A DNA stretch of 64,000 bases, taken from contig CAWGHO010000002.1 in NCBI GenBank assembly GCA_963822445.1, forward strand, positions 864,001 to 928,000. Reading direction: 5' to 3'. The notes beneath the pieces were generated by a model. The model worked only from the letters and a program-made list of their open reading frames with translations. It did not search any database and was not told where the DNA came from. This document shows, in pieces, positions 21,554 to 33,107 of this stretch. How positions within the stretch are numbered: the first letter of the stretch is position 1; the number at the start of each line of letters is the position of its first letter. The position numbers were made by a program, and so were the translations under genes. Source of the DNA: an uncultured Acidobacteriota bacterium. Lineage in GTDB: Bacteria > Acidobacteriota > Thermoanaerobaculia > Gp7-AA8.

Positions 21554-21578
21554 GACGCGGCCGCGGGGAAAAGGTTTC
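21554..21578 (-). promoter_or_regulatory. ECF sigma-type promoter
   Basis: GAAAC-16 bp-CGTC with a T-run after the -35 (GAAACCTTTT), immediately after the tsaD stop. Confidence 0.6.
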
Positions 21579-22598
21579 TCAGCCGATCCGCGACCTGGCT
21601 ACGACCCGCCGGGGATCGGTGGCGACGCCCTTCTGGAGCCCGGCGAAGGCGATCATGGCCGCGTTGTCCGTGCAGTAGCGCTTCTCGGGGAGACGGATGA
21701 TGAGGCCGCGTTCGCTGCCCCACGCCTGAATCCGCTCGCGCAACACACCGTTCGCCGCCACCCCGCCAGCCATCGCCACCTCGGTCGGTTTCGGCTGCTC
21801 CAGCCCCGCCCACACGGCCTCGATGCGATCGAAGAGTTGCGCGAACAGCGCGTCTTGGAACGTGGCCGCGAAATCGCCGAGCGCCTGCGGATCGCCATCC
21901 GCCCGAATCGCATGTTCGCGCGCCAGCCGGATGGCCCCGGCCTTGATCCCCGAGTACGAAAAATCCAGCGACGCCTCGGTGAACCGCGGCATCGGAAACG
22001 GGAACCGCTTCGGATCGGCGGTGCCGCGCCGCGCGTGCTTTTCGATCTCCGGACCGCCCGGATACGGCAACCCGACGAACTTCGCGACCTTGTCGAAGGT
22101 CTCGCCGATCGCGTCGTCGCGGGTCCGGTTGATCTGCCGCACCTGCGCGCCGCGCACGTCGTAAAGCGCGGAGTGACCGCCGGAGATCACCAGCGACAGA
22201 AACCGCTCCGGCAACGGCGTGGCCGGACCGTCCTTGGCCAGGTACGGCGAGTAGATGTGCCCTTCGAGATGGTTGACCGGCACGATGGGGATGCCCAGAC
22301 CGTAGGCGATCCCCTGCGCCCCGGCCACACCCACGAGCAGCGCGCCGATCAGCCCTGGGCCCGAGGTAACCGCGATCGACTCGACGTCCGGCCAGGACCG
22401 GCCGGCGTCCCCCAGCGCGCGCTCGACGAGCGGAAAGAGATGCTGCAGGTGCTCGCGCGACGCGATCTCCGGTACCACCCCGCCGAAGGGTTGATGCCGC
22501 TCGATCTGCGAGGAGATGAGATTCACGCGTACGGTGCCGTCGCCGTCGAGCAGCGCGACCGAGGTTTCATCGCAGGATGTTTCGATTCCAAGGATCAT
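21579..22598 (-). CDS. tsaD: tRNA t6A threonylcarbamoyltransferase TsaD
   Basis: ILGIETSCDET, GGVVPEIASR.H, GPGLIGAL, NHLEGH, SGGH, DDA.GE.FDK, AGGVAAN, CTDNAAMI. Confidence 0.96.
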   Translation of the reverse strand: MILGIETSCDETSVALLDGDGTVRVNLISSQIERHQPFGGVVPEIASREHLQHLFPLVERALGDAGRSWPDVESIAVTSGPGLIGALLVGVAGAQGIAYGLGIPIVPVNHLEGHIYSPYLAKDGPATPLPERFLSLVISGGHSALYDVRGAQVRQINRTRDDAIGETFDKVAKFVGLPYPGGPEIEKHARRGTADPKRFPFPMPRFTEASLDFSYSGIKAGAIRLAREHAIRADGDPQALGDFAATFQDALFAQLFDRIEAVWAGLEQPKPTEVAMAGGVAANGVLRERIQAWGSERGLIIRLPEKRYCTDNAAMIAFAGLQKGVATDPRRVVARSRIG

Positions 22599-22640
22599 CG
22601 GGCCTCGCAAACAACGACTCTATAATCCGCCACTCTTACT

Positions 22641-22739
22641 CGGGGTTGCGAGGTTACGAGGTTGCGGGGTTACGAGGTGAGAAGAAGCCCGGCCTCGGAT
22701 CGTCCTCCCCGTAACCCCGAAACCCCGTACCCCGAAACC
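22641..22739. repeat. Inverted tandem-octamer element in the valS leader
   Basis: Five CGRGGTKR units (22641-22680), a 26-bp spacer, then about four CCCCGWAA units (22707-22739); TATAAT at 22621; valS ATG at 22741. Confidence 0.85.
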
Positions 22740-22740
22740 A

Positions 22741-25364
<2,624 letters not shown>

Positions 25365-25368
<4 letters not shown>

Positions 25369-26135
25369 TCCACCTCGACACCCGGAGCATCGTCCGCAAT
25401 CTGCGCACGATCGAGTCGATCGCGCTGATCCCGCGCGTCGCGTCGACGAACCTGGTGGCGCGCAAGATCGTCAACGAGTGCATCGAGAACGAGCTCTCCC
25501 TCCCCCAGGCCATGATCATCGCCGGCGAGCAGTTCGCCGGCCGCGGACGCAATGAACGCACCTGGTCCTCGCCGGCCGGGAAAGGCATTTACGCGACGAC
25601 GCTGCTCACGCGGACCGCGCGCGATCTACCGCTGATCCCGCTGGCAATGGCCAACATCGTCGCGACCTTTCTGCGCGACACGTACGGCATCGACGCCCGC
25701 ATCAAATGGCCCAACGACGTGCTCGTCGGCGGCAGGAAGATCGCCGGAATCCTGATCGAAGCGCGCATGCAGGACGACCGCGTGTACATGCTCGTCGGCA
25801 CGGGCGTAAACGTCGAGCCGGTTCATGACGACGCGCGACCGAACGCCGTCGCGATCAGCGAGGCCTCGCCGAAAAACTTCACCGGCATCGAGGACGCGAC
25901 CCGCGCTTTCATCGAGCACATCGACGAGCAACTCGCTCTGCCGCTGCAACACGATGACGTGCTCGCGCAGTGGCGCTCTCTCTCCATCCACCAACCCGGC
26001 GATCGCATTCACTGCGTCCTCGGCGACCGAACCGTCTCGGGAACGTGGACGGGGATCGACGAGAACGGACGGGCGGTATTGAACACGCCCGACGGACCGC
26101 TGTCAGTGAGTGCGGGTGACCTCGTTCTAAACTGA
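25365..26135 (+). CDS. birA: Biotin-protein ligase without HTH (group I BirA)
   Basis: STN, Q.AGRGR..R.W.SP, KWPNDV...KIAGIL, GTGVNV; upstream of coaX. Confidence 0.88.
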
Positions 26136-26144
26136 GCGGATCAC

Positions 26145-26933
26145 ATGCCGGCCAACCTCCTCGTAGTCGACGCGGGCAACACCAACATCGTCCTCGGCAT
26201 CTATCACGGCGAAAAGCTGGTGAGCTCGTGGCGCCTGGCCACGGCGCGTGAACGGACCGCGGACGAGTACGGAATCCTCGCGCGGCAACTGGTCGGCGAC
26301 GCGCTCCACTCGAATCTCGAAGGAGCGATCGTGGCCTCGGTCGTCCCGCCGCTCAACAGCGCGCTGGCTCTGATGGTTCAGAAGTACTTCGACATCGATC
26401 CGATGTTCGTCGAGCCCGGCGTGAAGACCGGCATCGCCATTCACGTCGACAATCCCCTCGAAGTCGGCGCCGATCGCATCGTCAACTGCGCGGCCGCGCA
26501 TCACGCGTACGGCGGGCCGACAGTGATCGTCGACTTCGGCACCGCCACGACATTCGACGTCGTCACCGCGAACGCTGAATTCGTCGGCGGCGTGATTGCG
26601 CCGGGCCTGAACATCTCCGCGGAAGCTCTCTTCGCGCGGGCCGCACGCTTGCCGCGCGTCGACATCCGGAAGCCGGACCACGTCATCGGCACGAACACCG
26701 TCGTGAACATGCAGTCCGGCATCTACTTCGGCTACCTCGGACTCGTCGACGGCATCCTCGCGCGCATCAAGCGTGAAGTCCCCGATCTCAAGCACGTCGT
26801 TGCGACGGGCGGACTGGCGACGCTTTTCGCTGAAGAGAGCGAGCACATCGACGAAGTGGACACCGACCTCACCTTGCGCGGGTTGAAGATCATCTTCGAC
26901 AGAAATCGCGCGCCGCGGAGAGCGCGGCGGTGA
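26145..26933 (+). CDS. coaX: Type III pantothenate kinase
   Basis: DAGNTN, SVVP, GADRIVN, VDFGTATT, GG.IAPG, ATGG. Confidence 0.95.
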   Translation: MPANLLVVDAGNTNIVLGIYHGEKLVSSWRLATARERTADEYGILARQLVGDALHSNLEGAIVASVVPPLNSALALMVQKYFDIDPMFVEPGVKTGIAIHVDNPLEVGADRIVNCAAAHHAYGGPTVIVDFGTATTFDVVTANAEFVGGVIAPGLNISAEALFARAARLPRVDIRKPDHVIGTNTVVNMQSGIYFGYLGLVDGILARIKREVPDLKHVVATGGLATLFAEESEHIDEVDTDLTLRGLKIIFDRNRAPRRARR

Positions 26934-28474
26934 CGCGCGCGACCGCGGTCGCGCTGTTCTTCTTCGTCACCACCACCGCCTTTGCGGGCTCCACGGCGGT
27001 CGCAAGCAAGGCCGCGCTCTCGACAGCTCACCCTCTCGCGACGAAGGTCGGCCTCGGCGTTCTGCAGCGCGGCGGAAACGCGATCGACGCCAGCGTCGCC
27101 GTCGCGTTCGCGCTCGCCGTCGTTCATCCGCAGGCCGGAAATCTCGGCGGCGGCGGATTCCTCGTCTACTACGACGCGTCCACGCGCGGCGTGTGGACGC
27201 TCGATTTTCGCGAGGTCGCGCCGCTCGCCACGAAACGGGAAGCGTTCGCCAAGCCGCAGATCGGTGCGATGACCGCAGGCGTGCCCGGAACCGTGGCCGG
27301 TCTCGACGCGATGCACCGCCGGTTCGGAACGAAGACGTGGAAAGAGTTGCTCGCGCCCGCGATCGCTCTCGCCAGCGAAGAGCGGCCGGTTGATCCCGAG
27401 CTCGAAGCGGACACGAAAGAACGCAAGGTCGAGTTGCCGAAGGCGACGGAGCTCGCCGCGACTCTGCAGCGGCTCTCGGATAAGGGCGCACGCGAGTTCT
27501 ACGACGGCGACCTCTCCAAGCAGCTCGTGGAAGGCGTTCGCGCCGCGGGCGGCATTCTCGGTCACCGCGATCTCCGCGAGTACGAACCGGTCTGGCGCGC
27601 GCCGATCAAGCTCCGCTACGGCGCGTACGAGATCCTCACCGTTCCGCCGCCTTCGGGAGGCGGCATCGTCATCGGCTCGACCCTCAACATTCTCGCGAAG
27701 GACGATCTGGCCGCGATCGGATTTCAAACCACACCGGCCCTGCATTTACTGATCGAAGCGCAACGACGCGCGGGAATCGATCGTGCGAGGTACGTCGGCG
27801 ATCCGCGCGGAGCGCGCATTCCCTACCGCGAGCTTCTCTCGCAACAACGTGCGGAAGCGTGGCGCAGAACGATTCAGCCGCGAACCGCATCGGCGACCAT
27901 CGCTCTTGCGGAACCGGGCAACCTCAAGACCGAAGGGGAGCAGACGACGCATTTCGTCATCGCGGATGCGAAGGGAAACGTCGCCTCCCTCACCACCAGC
28001 CTCGGCGAAAAGTTCGGCAGCGGATTTGCCGTACCGTCCCTCGGATTTTTCATGAACAACTCCATGAACGACTTCAGCACCGGAGTGAACGCGGCGGATC
28101 CGATGAAGCGCGCCGCGACGTCGATGGCGCCGACGATCATCCTCCGTGAAGGCAAGCCATTCATGGCCATCGGCACGCGCGGCGGCGCAGCCATTCCCAC
28201 CACGATTCTGCAGGTCTTTCTGAACGTCGCGGTGTACGGAAAATCGCTTCCCGCTGCTGTCGCGGCGCCGCGCTATCACCACCAGGGTGTGCCGGAAGAG
28301 CTGTCGTACGAGCGCGAGCTCGCGCCGAAGGCGATTGTCGACGGGCTGAATGCGATGGGCCACGGCGTCGCCGCGCGCGATTCGATCGGCGACGTCCATG
28401 CGATCCTGTTCGAAAAGGGCCGGCTCATCGCCGTCGCCGATCCGCGGCGCGGCGGAGCGGCCGGAGGATATTGA
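26930..28474 (+). CDS. ggt: Gamma-glutamyltransferase family Ntn hydrolase (exported)
   Basis: GGNAIDA, LGGGGF, DFRE.AP, GVPG, PPPSGGG, catalytic TTHF, FGSG, D.RRGG. Confidence 0.9.
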   Translation: MTRATAVALFFFVTTTAFAGSTAVASKAALSTAHPLATKVGLGVLQRGGNAIDASVAVAFALAVVHPQAGNLGGGGFLVYYDASTRGVWTLDFREVAPLATKREAFAKPQIGAMTAGVPGTVAGLDAMHRRFGTKTWKELLAPAIALASEERPVDPELEADTKERKVELPKATELAATLQRLSDKGAREFYDGDLSKQLVEGVRAAGGILGHRDLREYEPVWRAPIKLRYGAYEILTVPPPSGGGIVIGSTLNILAKDDLAAIGFQTTPALHLLIEAQRRAGIDRARYVGDPRGARIPYRELLSQQRAEAWRRTIQPRTASATIALAEPGNLKTEGEQTTHFVIADAKGNVASLTTSLGEKFGSGFAVPSLGFFMNNSMNDFSTGVNAADPMKRAATSMAPTIILREGKPFMAIGTRGGAAIPTTILQVFLNVAVYGKSLPAAVAAPRYHHQGVPEELSYERELAPKAIVDGLNAMGHGVAARDSIGDVHAILFEKGRLIAVADPRRGGAAGGY

Positions 28475-29154
28475 TGTCGCAGGAACGAAAAATCGAAGCG
28501 GCGCGGGCGGCGCTGGCCGAGGTTCGATCGGGCATGACGCTCGGCCTCGGTACCGGATCGACGGCGAAAGAATTCGTCACGCTCCTCGGCGAGGCATTGC
28601 GCAACGGCTCGCTGACCGACATCCGCTGCACGTGCACGTCCGAGCAGACCGAAGAACAGGCTCGCAAGGAAGGCGTGCCGACGTTTTCGCTGGCGGAAGT
28701 CACGCCGATCGATCTCGCCGTCGACGGAGCCGATGAGATCGACGCCGATCTTCGACTGATCAAAGGCCGCGGTGGCGCGCTTCTCCGCGAGAAGATCGTC
28801 GAGCAGCAGGCTGGACGCTTCATCGTCATCGCCGACGACACGAAAGTCGTGGAGCGCCTGGGCGTGGGAACGTTACCCGTCGAAGTGACGCCGTTCGCGC
28901 TCGAAGTACTACAGAAACGCTTCACGCTGATGGGTTTGAATCCCGAGCTGCGCATGCGCGACGGAGCGCCGCGCGTGACCGACGAAGGTCATCGCATTCT
29001 CGACATCACCATTCCTCAGGACACGGATATTGCCGACGTCGTAGCGCGCATCCGCGTGCACGCGGGAGTCGTCGAGACGGGGTTCTTTCCGCTCGAGGCG
29101 ACCGAGGCGATCATCGCGTCGGCTGAGGGGATCCGCCGGATGACCCGGCCGTAA
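28474..29154 (+). CDS. rpiA: Ribose-5-phosphate isomerase A
   Basis: GLGTGST, DGADE, IKGRGGALLREK, GVVETG.F. Confidence 0.95.
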   Translation: MSQERKIEAARAALAEVRSGMTLGLGTGSTAKEFVTLLGEALRNGSLTDIRCTCTSEQTEEQARKEGVPTFSLAEVTPIDLAVDGADEIDADLRLIKGRGGALLREKIVEQQAGRFIVIADDTKVVERLGVGTLPVEVTPFALEVLQKRFTLMGLNPELRMRDGAPRVTDEGHRILDITIPQDTDIADVVARIRVHAGVVETGFFPLEATEAIIASAEGIRRMTRP

Positions 29155-29746
29155 CTTCCGCCGGCGTCTTCCGCACCATCACCTCGAATTTCCACTGATG
29201 CTTGTCGTACCAGAACGACACATGCGAGGCGAAGGGTTTGTTCAGCGGCTTGTCGATCTTCGTCTCGAACAGCGGATAGAGCCAGGTCGGATTCGCGTAG
29301 TGCCAGACCAGCTCTCCATGGCCGACCGTGGGCTCGCTGGGATGCCGCACGAAGTTGCGAAGACCGTCGTAGCGCTTCTCGCAGATCGTCGCGCGATAAA
29401 CCGGGCCGCGATGACTCGGCGCGGTGCCGAGGATCGGAAAGCCTTTCTTCGTCACTTTGGCGATGTACTCCGCGCTGTCACCGGTTTCCGATCCGGTGAC
29501 GGTGATCAGGCCGGCCTTTTCGAGGTTGCGAAGCGTGCGCACCGCTTTCTCGTCGTAATCGTCCTTCGGCGCCTTCGGCGACCACCACACCTTCTGCGGC
29601 ACCTCGGCGTAAACCGGCTCGCGGCGGAATGACCAGCCGGCCACGATCTCCTGAGCTTTTTCGGCGGTCAGGGGCTGTGGTTTCTGACACCCGATCGCCG
29701 TAAGTGCCGCCAATGCAGCGCCTGCCATCACTGTTCGCATCGTCAT
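29111..29746 (-). CDS. Hypothetical lipoprotein
   Basis: Lipobox-like TAIGC after a hydrophobic signal; protein-like composition; no family recognised. Confidence 0.7.
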   Translation of the reverse strand: MTMRTVMAGAALAALTAIGCQKPQPLTAEKAQEIVAGWSFRREPVYAEVPQKVWWSPKAPKDDYDEKAVRTLRNLEKAGLITVTGSETGDSAEYIAKVTKKGFPILGTAPSHRGPVYRATICEKRYDGLRNFVRHPSEPTVGHGELVWHYANPTWLYPLFETKIDKPLNKPFASHVSFWYDKHQWKFEVMVRKTPAEVTAGSSGGSPQPTR

Positions 29747-29799
29747 CGCGTCATTTGATCATGGCAATAATTCGGCCCGATTGGTTATGCTTCGCCCCT

Positions 29800-30381
29800 A
29801 TGAATGACAAAGTGGCGACGATTCCTTCTGTGGTCATCGAGCGGGTGGTACGCGGGCGGGCCGCCGCGGACATGCTGCTGGTGGTCGGCGCGAGCGCGCT
29901 GATCGCGATTTCCGCGCAGATCGCCATTCCCCTGCCCTTCACACCGGTGCCCCTGACCCTGCAGCCGCTGGCGGTCATCTTCATCGGCGCGGCCCTCGGC
30001 GCAACGCGCGGCGCGGCCGCCGCGGCGCTCTACCTTCTCGAAGGCTTCAGTGGACTGCCGGTCGGCGCCGGCGGCAACGGCGGACCGCTCTGGCTGTTCG
30101 GCGCAACCGCCGGCTATCTCTTCTCCTATCCGTTCGCGGCGTGGGTCTCGGGTTTCGTGTCGGAGCGTGGCTGGGGAAGCTCGGTCGTCCGCTCGATCAC
30201 CGGGATGCTGCTCGCGCTGGCGGTGATCTACGCCGGCGGATGGTCCTGGCTCGCAGTGCTGACCGATGCGCGTTACGCGTTCGTGGCCGGTGTGGCGCCG
30301 TTCGTTCTCGCCGACATCATCAAGGTCGCAATCGGCGCGGCGCTGCTGCCGAAAGCGCAGCAGCTCGTCCACCGGTTCTGA
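29800..30381 (+). CDS. bioY: Biotin transporter BioY
   Basis: SAQI.IPLPFTPVP.TLQ, YL.EG..GLPV, ATAGYL, GV.PF..DIIK; ATG 29800. Confidence 0.92.
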   Translation: MNDKVATIPSVVIERVVRGRAAADMLLVVGASALIAISAQIAIPLPFTPVPLTLQPLAVIFIGAALGATRGAAAAALYLLEGFSGLPVGAGGNGGPLWLFGATAGYLFSYPFAAWVSGFVSERGWGSSVVRSITGMLLALAVIYAGGWSWLAVLTDARYAFVAGVAPFVLADIIKVAIGAALLPKAQQLVHRF

Positions 30382-30382
30382 G

Positions 30383-31015
30383 ATGCGCGGCCTCGCCGGC
30401 GTTGCGCTGATCCTCTTCGTCGCGTGCGCGACCCCGCAGCCCGCGCCCGCACCGGCTCCAGCACCATCGCCTGCTGCTGTCGTCGAGCCCGCGCCAACCC
30501 ATCCGGAACTGGCCGCGGAACTGACTGCCATGCGCGACGCCGACCAGGAAGCTCGGCGCCGATGGATCAAGGATCAGAAGAACGCGGCGATCATCGCGGA
30601 GATCGAAGCGCTGGATGCGAAGCACGTCGCGCGGCTGCGGGAGATCCTCGCCCAGTACGGCTGGCCCAGCAAAGCGATGGTCGGTGAGAAACCCGCCGGT
30701 GCCGCCTGGATGATCGCCCAGCACGGCGGGGCGGAGATCCTCGCCGAAACTCTCCCGACGATGTACGAGGCCGTGAAGAAGGGTGATCTTCACGAAGGGT
30801 TGTACGCGACCTCGCTCGACCGCGTGCTCATCCAGCAGGGAAAGAAGCAGGCTTACGGAACGCAGTTCGACACCGATCCGGCGACGGGCAGGTGCGAGCC
30901 GAAGCCGATCGAAGACCCGGAGCGGGTCGACGAGCGCCGCATCCGCGCGGGCATGGGCACGCTCGCGGAGTACAAAGCTCAGCTCTGCGCGCTGTACATG
31001 CAGAAGCAGCCCTAG
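30383..31015 (+). CDS. Lipoprotein, DUF6624-like
   Basis: FVAC lipobox, Pro-rich linker, DQ..R, YGWP...VG, AW.IAQH, DR....G..Q.YGTQ, VD.RR...G. Confidence 0.75.
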   Translation: MRGLAGVALILFVACATPQPAPAPAPAPSPAAVVEPAPTHPELAAELTAMRDADQEARRRWIKDQKNAAIIAEIEALDAKHVARLREILAQYGWPSKAMVGEKPAGAAWMIAQHGGAEILAETLPTMYEAVKKGDLHEGLYATSLDRVLIQQGKKQAYGTQFDTDPATGRCEPKPIEDPERVDERRIRAGMGTLAEYKAQLCALYMQKQP

Positions 31016-33066
31016 TCGAAGTAACCGCCGAGCGACACCCACGTCCCGCTGTACGTCCACAATCCGCCGCTGTTGCCGCGCACGAGCACAGTCGGCGCAA
31101 CCACAGTCGGCGAGCCGGTCGTGCCGCCGCCGAGGTTCGAGTAGCTCCACGACCCTGACCGAGTGAACACGACCACGTTGCCGGCCGCGTTGCGCGCATG
31201 GACCTTCACCACGCCGCCGTCGACGCTCGCGGCGGGAGTTCCCGCGATGAGTGGAACACCCGGAATCGTCGCGGATACGGAGCTCCAGGTCCAACCGCTC
31301 CCACCGGAGGTCTGCACGGCTTCCCACAGTTGCCCGCTCAGCCCGCGCGAGTAAACGCGGAGCGACCCGTCCGGGGCGGCGACCGCTGAAGGGAAATCCT
31401 GAATCTGATCGCCGACGAACGTGGTGGTCCAGCTCAAACCGTTCCATCGGGCGTTGTACACACTGCGCGCATCGCCGCGGTAGAACACGTCGAGCCGGCC
31501 GAGCGGCATTGCGACCATCGACAGCATCCCTCGAACGTAAGCGCTGCCGGTCACCTCGCGCCGCGTGGTCACGCCGGCGATGTGCGACCAGTGATAGAGC
31601 TTGTAATCGCGTCCTGTTGCCACCACGTCGAAGCGCCCCGGACCTGTCGTCACCGCGACTGGATCGGACATGATCGAGAAATCCGGCGGGAGTGCGAGCG
31701 GAACCGACGCCGCCCATCCTCCACCCGAGGACCATGTTGCCCACATCAACTTGTTGGCGTTGTCGCGGTAGAACACGTCGAGCGGTGCGGTAGCGTTTTC
31801 GAGTCCTGATGCCACGCCGACGATCGTGAACGGCGCCTGTTGCCACACGGTCCCATTCCGCCGGTACAGATGCGTATCGCCGCCGCGTACGTAAACGTTG
31901 TTCAGGGACGACGCGCCGGTGTAACGGCGTCCGTGGTTCAACTCCGCGAGGATCGTTCCGATGACGGCGTTCCACGACACGAGATGCTGCACGGGCGCTT
32001 CGTCGACTTCCACTCTGAACGAGCCGTTGGCTGGTGTTGGCCCGAGGCCGAAGAGCGCGAGACGCACGCGTTTTTCGTAGTCACGCACGGCGGTGTACCA
32101 GCCTGCCTCGGAACCCTGGTTGTGCATGTTGGTACTGGCGCCAAAGCAGCAGTCATCGCCGCGATTGAGTATCTGCACCTGTTTCCTGCCCGCTCCGTAC
32201 GATCCGAGGACATACAGATCCGGATATCCCGCGATCGTGTAGAACCCCGGATCGATCTGCTCGGTGTCGCCTGACGAAGGACCTGCGCGCAGGTAAAGCG
32301 GCATCGTTCCGGCGACCGAGAAACTCATCCGGATCCGCGGATCGATGGCGGCGACCACAGTCGTCGCCCAGCCACCGCCCGACAGGCCGACCATATGAAA
32401 GTCCGTGTAGTCACCCTGGACATGATTGAGCGCCACGATGGTCGGCTCGAGAAACCACTTCAACGCGCTGAAACCCGACGGCGGATTGCACAGGAACATC
32501 GCGTCGTGATTGACGCAGCCGCATCCCGAACATGACGGTGGATACGTCGCCGTCTGGGCAGGATCGGAAGGCTGGCCCTCCCCCATGACGTGTTCCTGCC
32601 AGGTGTGGGGCATGTACACCGCGAGAACGCCGTACCCGTCCATCAGAAGGGCAGCAATCGTGCGCCGCAGGCCGAAGCTCGCTGCGTCTGTATCCGGAAG
32701 GTCCGCTGATCCTTCGAACGTAGTGCCATGGCCGTGATGAACCACGACGACCTGTCCGTTCTTGCGAATCGGTATGAAATGGAGAGCCCGGCCCTTGTGC
32801 TCGTCGGTTTCGTTGATCTTGAGCAGCTCGACTTCCTGGAAATTCTGCGCCGTCCCCAGACCGGAAATCGGCGAAGGGATCGTGATCGAGTCACTCGGAA
32901 GCTCACTGGCCGGAAACCCCGCGGTTCCCCAGATGTAAGTGATGAGCTGCTGCCTGCGCGTGGTGACGTCGGCAGGCGTCGCGACCGTGATGTTGTAGTC
33001 GTTGACCAGGGCAAAGGCGGGGATGGCGACGAAGACGGCCAGAAACACGATGGCGGGTGTGCGCAT
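31012..33066 (-). CDS. Secreted alpha/beta hydrolase fused to a Trp-rich beta-propeller lectin-like repeat region
   Basis: Signal peptide from ATG 33066; HHGH; GLSGGG nucleophile elbow; DPRI; DDCCF; C-terminal repeats like GRLDVFYRG....Y...W and LRVYSRG.SG.LW. Confidence 0.7.
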   Translation of the reverse strand: MRTPAIVFLAVFVAIPAFALVNDYNITVATPADVTTRRQQLITYIWGTAGFPASELPSDSITIPSPISGLGTAQNFQEVELLKINETDEHKGRALHFIPIRKNGQVVVVHHGHGTTFEGSADLPDTDAASFGLRRTIAALLMDGYGVLAVYMPHTWQEHVMGEGQPSDPAQTATYPPSCSGCGCVNHDAMFLCNPPSGFSALKWFLEPTIVALNHVQGDYTDFHMVGLSGGGWATTVVAAIDPRIRMSFSVAGTMPLYLRAGPSSGDTEQIDPGFYTIAGYPDLYVLGSYGAGRKQVQILNRGDDCCFGASTNMHNQGSEAGWYTAVRDYEKRVRLALFGLGPTPANGSFRVEVDEAPVQHLVSWNAVIGTILAELNHGRRYTGASSLNNVYVRGGDTHLYRRNGTVWQQAPFTIVGVASGLENATAPLDVFYRDNANKLMWATWSSGGGWAASVPLALPPDFSIMSDPVAVTTGPGRFDVVATGRDYKLYHWSHIAGVTTRREVTGSAYVRGMLSMVAMPLGRLDVFYRGDARSVYNARWNGLSWTTTFVGDQIQDFPSAVAAPDGSLRVYSRGLSGQLWEAVQTSGGSGWTWSSVSATIPGVPLIAGTPAASVDGGVVKVHARNAAGNVVVFTRSGSWSYSNLGGGTTGSPTVVAPTVLVRGNSGGLWTYSGTWVSLGGYFD

Positions 33067-33107
33067 TGGGAGAGCGTACACCAAATAACTAACGTAAACT
33101 TACCCCC

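Noticed and set aside
22627-22740. T-box riboswitch upstream of valS
   Set aside because: No T-box consensus or terminator/antiterminator; the leader is explained by the octamer repeat.
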